A stretch of DNA of 24,000 nt from sequence record MN988521.1, one strand, 5' to 3'. A program made the position numbers and the translations under genes. Below are positions 7,675 through 15,328 of the stretch, piece after piece (the first letter of the stretch is position 1; each line of letters begins with the position of its first letter). The notes beneath the pieces were generated by a model that saw nothing but the letters and a program-made list of their open reading frames with translations, ran no database searches and was not told the origin of the DNA. The stretch is from Rhizobium phage RHph_TM30.

Positions 7675-7929
7675 ATGATCCGAGGACGTAAGAGTATCAA
7701 GAATGCAGCTACTGATGCATGGATGATTGAGTACGGTAGTCTAGAAGGACCTGGATATCCTGTCTGGAAGTTGTACGACATCCCTGAGATCATGAGTACT
7801 GCTAGTCGAATCATGGACGCTACTCGTAAGGAGTTTGTCAAGAAATCGAAGAGTAGTGAGCTGCCACAAGTATCGTACATGCTTCAGGCTAATGATGAAG
7901 GTGTATACATTGAATACGAGATCAGATAA
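7675..7929 (+). CDS. Hypothetical protein
   Basis: Compact open frame coupled to the next start (TAATG). Confidence 0.75.
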   Translation: MIRGRKSIKNAATDAWMIEYGSLEGPGYPVWKLYDIPEIMSTASRIMDATRKEFVKKSKSSELPQVSYMLQANDEGVYIEYEIR

Positions 7930-8114
7930 TGTGCGTACCTAAAAATGAACATGAGACTGCATACAAGCTAGCTCGTAAGCACTACGAAGCTCAGGATCCT
8001 ACTGAACGAGATCCATTTAGGAAGCATCTTGATGATGCCTACCAACATCTTCTGTCTAAACGTAGAGGTATTGGTGAGGAGAGTGATCCATATGCAAGAG
8101 ACTCATTTTGGTGA
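7929..8114 (+). CDS. Small hypothetical protein
   Basis: Coupled start and consistent codon style. Confidence 0.7.
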   Translation: MCVPKNEHETAYKLARKHYEAQDPTERDPFRKHLDDAYQHLLSKRRGIGEESDPYARDSFW

Positions 8115-8123
8115 GATAAGACA

Positions 8124-8600
8124 ATGATACTTGAAGATGTCCTCGAGACTAAGAAATACTATATCAATTCTCTACGTGAGTACTCTCGCAAGCAGATAGA
8201 TCTATGGAGAATGGTGCCATGGCTAGTTCTACAAGCTCAAGGTAGATCTGGATGGTCTGACGCATATGGTAGATGTATCCGTAATGGTATCTGGACGATT
8301 AATTCTGCTACCAATGGAGGATATTGTGCTACGTCAGTCGACTGTGATTCAGGTGAATTGATGTACTTCAATAAGCCTATGCGTGACAACTGTAAAGAAT
8401 TGATGCTGATCGATCCTAAGGAACTGGATGCAAGTCTTGTAATCGCATACCTGAATCAACGTATCCTGAATGACAAGGAGGATCACTCAATTAAGCAGAA
8501 GGGTCCTACGTGGAGAGAGGATACTGCTAAGGAATTAGGTATCGAGAGAGTATATCATAGGACTCGTACGATCCCTGAACCGTCATGGAGTTATGACTAA
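8124..8600 (+). CDS. Hypothetical protein
   Basis: Long open frame in the same direction. Confidence 0.8.
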   Translation: MILEDVLETKKYYINSLREYSRKQIDLWRMVPWLVLQAQGRSGWSDAYGRCIRNGIWTINSATNGGYCATSVDCDSGELMYFNKPMRDNCKELMLIDPKELDASLVIAYLNQRILNDKEDHSIKQKGPTWREDTAKELGIERVYHRTRTIPEPSWSYD

Positions 8601-8620
8601 CGAATTTACCTCGAGGAGAT

Positions 8621-8697
8621 AGGTTCACTTAGCCTCCTCAAGGGATTCTTCTTTAGAGGGTCCGGATCGTCTGGGTCCTCTGGAAAAGGAGAATCGT
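8621..8697 (+). promoter_or_regulatory. Leader element copy A: conserved motif plus 11-bp hairpin plus RBS
   Basis: AGGTTCACTTAGCCTCCTCAAGGGATTCTTCTTTAGAGGG, then AGAGGGTCCGG-ATCGT-CTGGGTCCTCT (8655-8681, 3 wobbles), then AAAAGGAG-aatcgt-ATG. Confidence 0.75.
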
Positions 8698-8883
8698 ATG
8701 TCAATGGTTGTGTCTCTGTATCGTGCTAAGTTTTCTAGCAAGTTCGCAGGATCTGGTGAGTTTCCGATCTATGCTTTGAACTTGAAGGATGCTGAGGATC
8801 GTGCTGAGAAGATCTTCTTCCTCATGAATGTGAAGGTCGATGGTGATACCTTCACATCTGAAGTCGCTCTGGTTGAATTCTGA
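8698..8883 (+). CDS. Small hypothetical protein (MSMVVSLYRAKFSSKFAG...)
   Basis: Strong AAAGGAG RBS. First gene after leader copy A. Confidence 0.85.
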   Translation: MSMVVSLYRAKFSSKFAGSGEFPIYALNLKDAEDRAEKIFFLMNVKVDGDTFTSEVALVEF

Positions 8884-8894
8884 GGAGAACGATC

Positions 8895-9164
8895 TTGTAC
8901 ATTAATGGTTGGATGACCAATGTCAATGTGAGTGAGATTGCTCAGACCAAGAAGTTCATCGAGGAGAACGATGGTCTCGATCTCAAGGTCGATACAACTG
9001 GTGCTAATGGTCCTGAGTACAAGTGGACCCAGTACTGCGATGACGATGAGGACATGGTGAAGATCGCTGCGGTCATGATGTTCTACAACGATCGTAGTCC
9101 TGAGCAGATCGAGGAGTTCAAATCTGATCTCCGTGAACTGATGAAGAAGTATCCACGTGTATAA
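8895..9164 (+). CDS. Small acidic hypothetical protein, probable TTG start
   Basis: GAGGAG 7 nt upstream of TTG 8895. Alternative start is ATG at MTNVNVSE. Confidence 0.8.
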   Translation: MYINGWMTNVNVSEIAQTKKFIEENDGLDLKVDTTGANGPEYKWTQYCDDDEDMVKIAAVMMFYNDRSPEQIEEFKSDLRELMKKYPRV

Positions 9165-9172
9165 CTCAATCT

Positions 9173-9209
9173 GGGAGCATGTCTTCGGATGTGCTCCCTA
9201 TTTCTCTGG
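9173..9209 (+). terminator. Intrinsic terminator, 11-bp stem, TTCG tetraloop
   Basis: GGGAGCATGTC-TTCG-GATGTGCTCCC then TATTTCTCTGG. Confidence 0.88.
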
Positions 9210-9218
9210 AGATATGAA

Positions 9219-9401
9219 ATGTCAAGTCGTCAAGATCTGAGTACTCCTCATCGTTGCCTCGTATCGAAGTGCAAGGGATCTCTTGTAGATCCTAAAGACT
9301 CGTATGGGAAGTATGCATACTGGTGGGGTAAGGTAGATCATCCTCGTGATAGTGGATGGCACAATGCTCCTCGTCCTGAGAACTATGGAGCACAGTCATG
9401 A
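9219..9401 (+). CDS. Small hypothetical protein
   Basis: GGAGATATGAA-ATG. The track start 9189 lies inside the terminator hairpin. Confidence 0.75.
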   Translation: MSSRQDLSTPHRCLVSKCKGSLVDPKDSYGKYAYWWGKVDHPRDSGWHNAPRPENYGAQS

Positions 9402-9655
9402 CGTCAGTCGTAGCTGAGTGGTACAATGTCAAGTTCGTTGACATGAATGAGGAGTTCAACTTCTCTGAGATGTCTCTCGTTCGTCGATCCTTGGATATCT
9501 CGTACTCCAAGATCCCTGATCAGAAACCTACGATGGTCGCTGAGCCTCAGGTACCTGGACTGTGGTATCTGATGGATGCTAACAATCAGTGCGTAGGTCA
9601 GGTCAAGCATATGAGATTCGGATCAACGATCCTCACTGAGCCGACTCACTTCTGA
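9398..9655 (+). CDS. Hypothetical protein
   Basis: ATGA coupling to the previous gene. Stop just before a terminator. Confidence 0.8.
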   Translation: MTSVVAEWYNVKFVDMNEEFNFSEMSLVRRSLDISYSKIPDQKPTMVAEPQVPGLWYLMDANNQCVGQVKHMRFGSTILTEPTHF

Positions 9656-9663
9656 TTAATTAT

Positions 9664-9701
9664 GGGTAGTATGCCGAGAGGTATGCTACCCTATTCTTTT
9701 G
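9664..9701 (+). terminator. Intrinsic terminator, 12-bp stem, GAGA tetraloop
   Basis: GGGTAGTATGCC-GAGA-GGTATGCTACCC then TATTCTTTTG. Confidence 0.9.
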
Positions 9702-9721
9702 TCCATATGGAGATGACTACA

Positions 9722-10009
9722 ATGAGAATGTCCAGTATTAAGCATGAGATGAAATTGTTCATCGTCAAGTCAGCTGATGGTACTCAGACTCTTGTCGAGA
9801 ATGATGGAGATGGTCCTGAGTTCATCTTCACAGAAGATACAAAGATCTCTTCTGGAGACGATACTCGTCAGATCGTAGTATCGTCGAACAAGGGTGATCT
9901 CCAGATGGTATGTGGATCATTCTTGACGGATGAAGAACGATCCAATGTCAAGATTATCGAGACCACAGGATCGATCAGGATCTATGTCGCTCCAGGAGAT
10001 CTTCTCTGA
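9722..10009 (+). CDS. Hypothetical protein (MRMSSIKHEMKLFIVKSADG...)
   Basis: ATATGGAGATGACTACA-ATG. The track start 9662 is inside the terminator. 9749 (MKLFIVK) is an alternative start. Confidence 0.75.
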   Translation: MRMSSIKHEMKLFIVKSADGTQTLVENDGDGPEFIFTEDTKISSGDDTRQIVVSSNKGDLQMVCGSFLTDEERSNVKIIETTGSIRIYVAPGDLL

Positions 10010-10320
10010 TGTCGTATGAAGGATACGGAGAGTACATCTGCCTGAGTGGTCACTATGTGAAGGCTCGAGACATCTTTGATCATCCTGAGACTGAATGTGC
10101 TATCTGCAAGTCAGGGATGAAGTACTACCACTCAGTCGATGTGACCAATGGTTATGATGAGACGAGTGCGATGTCATGTGATGCTCCCAAGATAGTGATC
10201 GGATCTGATGACTGGTGGCAGACTGATCACTACGACAATCGATATGCTCAGAGGATCCATCTGTATGGGATTCCTGAGGGTATGAATCCATGGATCGATT
10301 TACAATCGTCAGAATCCTAA
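10009..10320 (+). CDS. Hypothetical protein (possible CxxxH/CxxC metal site)
   Basis: 1-nt overlap with the upstream stop. CLSGHYV...CAICKSG. Confidence 0.8.
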   Translation: MSYEGYGEYICLSGHYVKARDIFDHPETECAICKSGMKYYHSVDVTNGYDETSAMSCDAPKIVIGSDDWWQTDHYDNRYAQRIHLYGIPEGMNPWIDLQSSES

Positions 10321-10397
10321 CATGTTGAGGGGTACAGGATTCTGATGGTCGACCTGAGCATGTCGTTATAAAGGCTCAATCTTTTATTGTAAGAGGT

Positions 10398-10479
10398 AGG
10401 TGCACTTGAGGTCGTAGAAGGATTCTTCTTCAGGAAGGGTTGCCCTGGTAGGGAACTCGAGAATTGTCTTTAAGGAGAA
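10398..10479 (+). promoter_or_regulatory. Leader element copy B
   Basis: AGGTGCACTTGAGGTCGTAGAAGGATTCTTCTTCAGGAAGGG, then AGGG/CCCT/AGGG alternatives (10436-10453), then GAGAATTGTCTTTAAGGAGAAATG. Confidence 0.8.
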
Positions 10480-10902
10480 ATGAAAATGTTCGCTATCGTT
10501 GCAGCTAATGGAAAGTCCTCTCAGCCGATCCGCAAGACTGGTCAGGAGACGATCTGGGGACTTGATGATGTGAAGAGGATCAAGCAGTTCAAGACTGCTA
10601 AGAAGGCTCAAGAGTTCATCGACGAGAAGTTGTCCTGGGATGGGTACTCCTTCGAGGTTGTACCGATGTCTGAAGTTCACAAGTACTACTGGATCAATCG
10701 TGAACTCAGTCAGGATGCTTCGATGGTAGCGATGTTCTCCGACAAGATCAAGAAGTTCCGTGAGCTGGTCGAGGATGCTACCAAGCAAGGTGATGTGAAT
10801 CGTGCTGCCTATCTCAATAGCGTTATCCGCGACAGTCTCTTCCGGATCATCGGATCTGGTCAGACTGAAGAGGAATTCCACTACTCCGGTATCGCTCGCT
10901 AA
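10480..10902 (+). CDS. Hypothetical protein (MKMFAIVAANGKSSQPIRKTGQETIWGLDDVKRI...)
   Basis: Strong RBS in leader B. Monocistronic between leader copies B and C. Confidence 0.88.
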   Translation: MKMFAIVAANGKSSQPIRKTGQETIWGLDDVKRIKQFKTAKKAQEFIDEKLSWDGYSFEVVPMSEVHKYYWINRELSQDASMVAMFSDKIKKFRELVEDATKQGDVNRAAYLNSVIRDSLFRIIGSGQTEEEFHYSGIAR

Positions 10903-10913
10903 GAATACCTCCT

Positions 10914-10945
10914 GAGCCATGAGGTTAAACTGGCTCCATTTCTTG
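10914..10945 (+). terminator. Possible weak terminator hairpin
   Basis: GAGCCA-(11 nt)-TGGCTC followed by CATTTCTTG. Short stem. Confidence 0.4.
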
Positions 10946-10973
10946 TATCTAAACGTAATAGTTAGTACGAGAT

Positions 10974-11057
10974 AGGTTCAGTTAGGGTCCTAAGAGGATT
11001 CTTCCTTAGGAGGGCTTGAAGAACCAGCCCAGAGAATTGTCTTTAAGGAGAAATGCA
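10974..11057 (+). promoter_or_regulatory. Leader element copy C
   Basis: AGGTTCAGTTAGGGTCCTAAGAGGATTCTTCCTTAGGAGGG (CCTAAG/CTTAGG inverted repeat), then GGGCT-TGAAGAACC-AGCCC, then GAGAATTGTCTTTAAGGAGAAATG identical to copy B. Confidence 0.82.
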
Positions 11058-11342
11058 ATGAACAAGATTTCTGAAGTAGTCCGCGATGTTGAGTTCACCT
11101 TTTATTGCACTGGTGGATTCCGTACGAAGGACATGACAATCTTCGCTAAAATTGATCAGCACTTCTTCAATGAAATCTGTGCTCGTCAGTACGCTAACTT
11201 TCCTAAGCAGCTTCCTCTGAAAGGTAAGGAGACTGCTGATGGTGTACTGATCGGATGGCTCGATTACAAGAAGAATCGGTACCATGCTGAAACGACTATC
11301 GGTCACGCGATGTACTACAATCGTCTTCGCGATACGATCTAA
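11058..11342 (+). CDS. Hypothetical protein (MNKISEVVRDVEFTFYCTGGF...)
   Basis: RBS AAGGAG and leader C. The track start 11016 lies inside the leader. Confidence 0.88.
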   Translation: MNKISEVVRDVEFTFYCTGGFRTKDMTIFAKIDQHFFNEICARQYANFPKQLPLKGKETADGVLIGWLDYKKNRYHAETTIGHAMYYNRLRDTI

Positions 11343-11354
11343 GGAGAATAAATA

Positions 11355-11591
11355 ATGGCTGACAAGTCAAAAGATAAGGATCGTGAGAAGAGATCTCGTC
11401 GTTATGCTGATCTCGTCTCGAGGTTCTACTCTCGTCAGGTAGAAGGAGACTTGGATAAGTCTCTGGTGAATGCTTACATCTCCAGTCAGTCTGCTCCGTC
11501 AATGGATCTCGTTGACGTGATGGATGCTATTGTCGCGTATGGTGATGCGAGAGTAGCTGAAGCTAAGCAGAAATGGAAAGGATCTAAGTGA
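11355..11591 (+). CDS. Small charged hypothetical protein
   Basis: TAAGGAGAATAATAATG RBS. Confidence 0.85.
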   Translation: MADKSKDKDREKRSRRYADLVSRFYSRQVEGDLDKSLVNAYISSQSAPSMDLVDVMDAIVAYGDARVAEAKQKWKGSK

Positions 11592-11863
11592 TGGCTAAGA
11601 AACGTTCTCGTAGCGACGTAGTCTACTCGATCGCTAATCTCTTGATCGTACTCGGTCAGGAGAAATCAATTGTGGATCTGATGAATCAGGTTCTCGCCTA
11701 TCAGGACGTGACAACGGACGATGATCTCGAGATTCATCTCAGAGCGATGATCAAGCCTGTCGAGTCTGACTGGAAACTCAAAGGATCCAAGACGAAGATG
11801 GACGATGAAGTAATCGTCGAAGTCGATCCTTATCTCGAAGGGATTAAGGATCGTGGTCAGTAA
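11591..11863 (+). CDS. Hypothetical protein (MAKKRSRSDVVYSIANLL...)
   Basis: Coupled start. The track gives 11588. Confidence 0.8.
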   Translation: MAKKRSRSDVVYSIANLLIVLGQEKSIVDLMNQVLAYQDVTTDDDLEIHLRAMIKPVESDWKLKGSKTKMDDEVIVEVDPYLEGIKDRGQ

Positions 11864-12098
11864 TAAAACGAATCTCGTAGCAGAATCTCCTGAAGAGAAG
11901 ATGGAGAATCTCGCTCATGAAATCTGGGCAGTAGCTCAGACATCTCCAGGTGAAGGTATCGAGGATGGAGTACAGCGTATCCTCGATCTTCTGAAGGAGA
12001 CTGTCATCATGAAGATGGATGACAAGGATATGGATATCGAGAACGATCCTACATGGGATGAGTTCGAGATCCCTCGTCCTCCTAAGGAGTGGAAGTGA
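11853..12098 (+). CDS. Small acidic hypothetical protein, GTG start
   Basis: Overlaps the upstream gene end. Consistent codon style. Confidence 0.75.
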   Translation: MVSNKTNLVAESPEEKMENLAHEIWAVAQTSPGEGIEDGVQRILDLLKETVIMKMDDKDMDIENDPTWDEFEIPRPPKEWK

Positions 12099-12298
12099 TG
12101 GCCAATCGGATTAATCGTGGGATCTACAAGTTCACATACAAGAATATCAAATTTGAACTGGAGAGATATCCTGATAGATCCTGGCATCTTTTCTACGAAG
12201 ATGAGTCTTGTCCTCGTGAGTGGATTAATGACTACAGTACTAAGAGACTAGCAATCACTCGAGCTAAGGAGATGGCAGACAATGGCTCACTCAGTTGA
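12098..12298 (+). CDS. Small hypothetical protein (MANRINRGIYKFTYKNIKFELERYPDRSWHLFY...)
   Basis: Start overlaps the previous stop. Confidence 0.75.
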   Translation: MANRINRGIYKFTYKNIKFELERYPDRSWHLFYEDESCPREWINDYSTKRLAITRAKEMADNGSLS

Positions 12299-12506
12299 TC
12301 GTCAGGAAGATGGTACCATTGTTGTCACATGGGACAATGGACGTAAGACCGTACGTACTGCTAAGTTCAGCAGTGATTCTATCATGCGTACGGATCCTCT
12401 TGGTGGACTAGTGAAGGATCATACGGACGATGAGATCTTCGCCTATGCTCAGTACTCCATCAAGGCGATCCGTAGAATGAAGAGATCAATGAAGGGATTA
12501 TTGTAA
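12282..12506 (+). CDS. Small hypothetical protein
   Basis: AAGGAG 10 nt upstream of ATG. Overlapping operon arrangement. Confidence 0.75.
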   Translation: MAHSVDRQEDGTIVVTWDNGRKTVRTAKFSSDSIMRTDPLGGLVKDHTDDEIFAYAQYSIKAIRRMKRSMKGLL

Positions 12507-12697
12507 TGGTTTATCATGCAACTGAGGCTCATCGAATGGCATGTCAATATGCTAATGAGATGACGGATATTGAGTATCCGGATGTTGCTCGAGCTAGTGA
12601 TACGAGTGACTCTCATGAGTACTGGCTGAAGATGTACGACGAGAAGATTCTGGAGCAGATGAAGAAGTCTGTCATGGAAGAGAATAACAATGGCTGA
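12506..12697 (+). CDS. Small hypothetical protein
   Basis: Coupled start (TAATG). Confidence 0.75.
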   Translation: MVYHATEAHRMACQYANEMTDIEYPDVARASDTSDSHEYWLKMYDEKILEQMKKSVMEENNNG

Positions 12698-12998
12698 CTA
12701 TATCCGACTCTATCGTCCTGAAGGTAAGGGAGTATGTCTCGAGTTTGCTCGTGCGAACGACTATGAGACTGCTACCAAGTTCGCTGATCTCTTCAAGGAG
12801 ATCATGCCTAAGAAGTTCAACTGGTTTCATCAAGGTGGATATACCTCCAGTGGTGAACCATCGGACTGGCATCTCTTTGAATTCTGGGGATATGATAGTA
12901 ATCCTCTCAGGATCCGATGCTACTGTGTAGTCCTGGCGGACATGTTGGGACTATCGCTGATGATCCATGACTCTGCAGGAGAGGCTGTGACGATATGA
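12690..12998 (+). CDS. Hypothetical protein
   Basis: Overlaps the previous gene end by 8 nt. Confidence 0.8.
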   Translation: MADYIRLYRPEGKGVCLEFARANDYETATKFADLFKEIMPKKFNWFHQGGYTSSGEPSDWHLFEFWGYDSNPLRIRCYCVVLADMLGLSLMIHDSAGEAVTI

Positions 12999-13192
12999 TC
13001 AAGATATACATTCAACGTATAGGCTCTCAGAGCGGTGACCACCTTATTCAGGAGATTCCTGAAGAAATAAAGATCAAGGATTGTCATGTAGATCTCGAGA
13101 GACTGTTCCAGAGTGTCTACAATCTTGGTCGACGTGATGAGCGTGATGAGATCAATAGCGATCTCATTCAATTAATGAACAGGAGACGTTAA
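12995..13192 (+). CDS. Small hypothetical protein
   Basis: ATGA coupling. Confidence 0.75.
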   Translation: MIKIYIQRIGSQSGDHLIQEIPEEIKIKDCHVDLERLFQSVYNLGRRDERDEINSDLIQLMNRRR

Positions 13193-13193
13193 G

Positions 13194-13532
13194 ATGATTT
13201 ATCGTGTATGGTACTGGTCGTCCAATGGATACTGGAAGCATTTTCAGGATCATGAGAAGGTCGAAGCTGCAAATGAGTGCATGGCGATCTTGATGAGATC
13301 TGATAGTCTCAAGCCTGGACTGATGCATATCGTTCCTAAGAATCATCCGTTCACTGATCGTGTCGTTGACATGACTGAAAACTTCTACATTCCTGAGGAT
13401 GGTGAGGACTTCGTACCTTCTGAAGGTCAGATCATCTACGGTCAGAAAGCGATTGATGCATTCAATCCGACGTTCAATGTCGTCAGTAAAAAGTCCTCAT
13501 GGTCTCCAATGGTAAGGAAGTACGACTGGTGA
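13194..13532 (+). CDS. Hypothetical protein
   Basis: Starts directly after the previous stop. Confidence 0.8.
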   Translation: MIYRVWYWSSNGYWKHFQDHEKVEAANECMAILMRSDSLKPGLMHIVPKNHPFTDRVVDMTENFYIPEDGEDFVPSEGQIIYGQKAIDAFNPTFNVVSKKSSWSPMVRKYDW

Positions 13533-13726
13533 TTGAAGAAACTCACAAGAATCATCCTGGAGTGACTGCTAGTGAATGTCCTGCCAGGATCACTGTTAAT
13601 GCTCAGCCATCTTCCAACCATGGCAGTGGATACGCATGTAGTGTAACTGGTGGTCATTGCATACCATCATCTGACTGTGATGCTCGGAGAAAGATCTGGA
13701 GGGATCATAATGAAGTTCAAACGTGA
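13529..13726 (+). CDS. Small Cys-containing hypothetical protein, GTG start
   Basis: GTGA overlap at 13529-13532. The track start 13499 is upstream of it. Confidence 0.65.
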   Translation: MIEETHKNHPGVTASECPARITVNAQPSSNHGSGYACSVTGGHCIPSSDCDARRKIWRDHNEVQT

Positions 13727-13958
13727 ATTCTATACTGTTGAGGATAGCACAGGTAAGCTGATCCTCATTCGAGATGAGATCGGATCGTACATCTTCATGT
13801 TGAAGGAAGTGATCGAACGTCTCGAACTCCAGGATCAGATCGTAATGGACTCTGATCGTCGGCATCTTGTAGGAGTCTGTGTAGATTGGCATCTACCTAC
13901 TCCGAAGATCGTACCTGTGTCCGTCGAAGTTGAGATCGTTGTCAAGGAGTCTGCATAA
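13650..13958 (+). CDS. Hypothetical protein (likely internal start near MKFKREFYTVEDSTGKLILIRDEIG)
   Basis: Frame well supported. The likely start is around 13710, coupled to the preceding stop. Confidence 0.75.
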   Translation: MVIAYHHLTVMLGERSGGIIMKFKREFYTVEDSTGKLILIRDEIGSYIFMLKEVIERLELQDQIVMDSDRRHLVGVCVDWHLPTPKIVPVSVEVEIVVKESA

Positions 13959-14341
13959 TGTGGAAGTGGCTATGTGGATTCTTTGGTTCATTCGAGGATC
14001 CTATTGTTGCATCAGAGGATCCGTCTGTTCCGACATTCGTCACATGTTCGTACAACTACGTGCATCGTGACAATTCGAATAAGATCCATTTCTGGAGTCA
14101 TCCGTACAGACATCCGTATCAAGTCTATGGTGGTCCTCATCATCCTGAACCTAGTACTGCTACTCAGTCTGAGAGAAGACAGATATGGACTAATGTCTAC
14201 GATCTGCCAGGATATGAGCTCATCGAGGATGACTATACGGATCGTCTGTATCTCGTATGGAGACATGAAGGATATGTCAACGAGTACGAGCCATATGCTA
14301 GTGCATTCGGGTCACGTAGGAAGAAGGTAGCACTGGCATGA
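13958..14341 (+). CDS. Hypothetical protein
   Basis: 1-nt overlap with the previous stop and ATGA overlap with the next gene. Confidence 0.75.
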   Translation: MWKWLCGFFGSFEDPIVASEDPSVPTFVTCSYNYVHRDNSNKIHFWSHPYRHPYQVYGGPHHPEPSTATQSERRQIWTNVYDLPGYELIEDDYTDRLYLVWRHEGYVNEYEPYASAFGSRRKKVALA

Positions 14342-14595
14342 GCGGACCTCGAATGAAGTACGTGACTGTAGCAGGTTATGGTGAGGATGAGATATACATC
14401 TTCAATGAGACATTGTCTCATCAGAACTTCTGCTTCAGGATGAACATCGATCCTAAAGATGTTATGACTGCAGGATTCTTCACTGTCGATCCTAGTAATG
14501 GTCCGAAGTTCTTCGGTAAATCGACTACTCTGAGGAAAGAGTCGAGTCCTGCTGATCTGATAATCTTCAAACGTCATTGTGGATGGGACGATTAA
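14338..14595 (+). CDS. Hypothetical protein
   Basis: ATGA coupling. Same codon style. Confidence 0.75.
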   Translation: MSGPRMKYVTVAGYGEDEIYIFNETLSHQNFCFRMNIDPKDVMTAGFFTVDPSNGPKFFGKSTTLRKESSPADLIIFKRHCGWDD

Positions 14596-14596
14596 G

Positions 14597-14905
14597 ATGA
14601 ATGACTTATTCACATCTAACAAATTCAGTGAGCTTAAGTCGACTGGACTGAGTCTCACTAAGAAAGAGACCGTTGTCGTACATAAGTATGTATCGATCGG
14701 AGGAGTCTCTTTCGATGTCGAGGAGTTGTTAGACTTCTTTGATGACATCGACTCGAATGTATGGACTGTCGAGAAGACTGGTAAGATTCTTATCGAGTAC
14801 GGAATCCTCGAGAGTCTTGGTAGTCAGAGATGGATGACAGGTGCTGGTAAGGGACCTAACTTCGACGAATTTCAATCTATGTTAAGGAATATTGCAGATG
14901 AATGA
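14597..14905 (+). CDS. Hypothetical protein (MNDLFTSNKFSELKSTG...)
   Basis: ATG immediately after the previous stop. The track gives 14579. Confidence 0.8.
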   Translation: MNDLFTSNKFSELKSTGLSLTKKETVVVHKYVSIGGVSFDVEELLDFFDDIDSNVWTVEKTGKILIEYGILESLGSQRWMTGAGKGPNFDEFQSMLRNIADE

Positions 14906-15119
14906 CTTGATCGAATCACTTCAGATCTTCTCGAAGTATTTCAGAGCAGATAGCTATGCTCCGATTCATTGTGAACATGACATCCTAATGTTATGTGTAG
15001 CAGATGTGGAGGTCTTTAATCATATCGACCATACTGATGCTAATCGAGTCATCGAGTTAGGATGGCACTGGTCAAATGAATTCAACTGCTGGTGCTCATT
15101 TAGATTCGGGAGTTGCTGA
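14892..15119 (+). CDS. Small phage protein of the '...eHDi...L..LGWhW...' type
   Basis: HCEHDILMLCVADVEVF...NRVIELGWHWSNEFNCWCSF resembles a recurrent phage small-protein pattern (recalled, not searched). Confidence 0.7.
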   Translation: MQMNDLIESLQIFSKYFRADSYAPIHCEHDILMLCVADVEVFNHIDHTDANRVIELGWHWSNEFNCWCSFRFGSC

Positions 15120-15120
15120 T

Positions 15121-15327
15121 ATGTCCCAGAGAGTATCCGAGTTGATGAAGAAAGAACTACCTCATGTCGAGGACCATGGATCTGTGAAGATTACCTATTC
15201 ACTCAGTCCGAATGGATTGATCCTTGGTATCCATGCTGGTTATCTTACCTTCATGATGGATAAGAAAGCAGTAGGTGAGTTTGTCGATGAACTTACTGAT
15301 CAGTACAGAAAGATGAAGGAAGAATAA
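15121..15327 (+). CDS. Small hypothetical protein (MSQRVSELMKKELPHVED...)
   Basis: ATG after the previous stop. The track start 15076 is internal to the upstream gene. Confidence 0.75.
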   Translation: MSQRVSELMKKELPHVEDHGSVKITYSLSPNGLILGIHAGYLTFMMDKKAVGEFVDELTDQYRKMKEE

Positions 15328-15328
15328 G

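Noticed and set aside
9662-9721. N-terminal extension of track ORF 9662-10009
   Set aside because: Would translate through a clear terminator hairpin. The start at 9722 has an RBS.
10365-10372. TATAAA before leader B
   Set aside because: No acceptable -35 at the proper spacing, so it cannot be called a promoter.
10384-10920. 178-aa minus-strand ORF
   Set aside because: Antisense to leader B and gene 10480-10902, which has a strong RBS.
13974-14330. 118-aa plus-strand ORF
   Set aside because: Same-strand alternative frame with Ser/Arg/Ile-rich shadow composition. The 13958-14341 frame is coupled at both ends.
14233-14748. 171-aa minus-strand ORF
   Set aside because: Antisense shadow spanning three coupled plus-strand genes.
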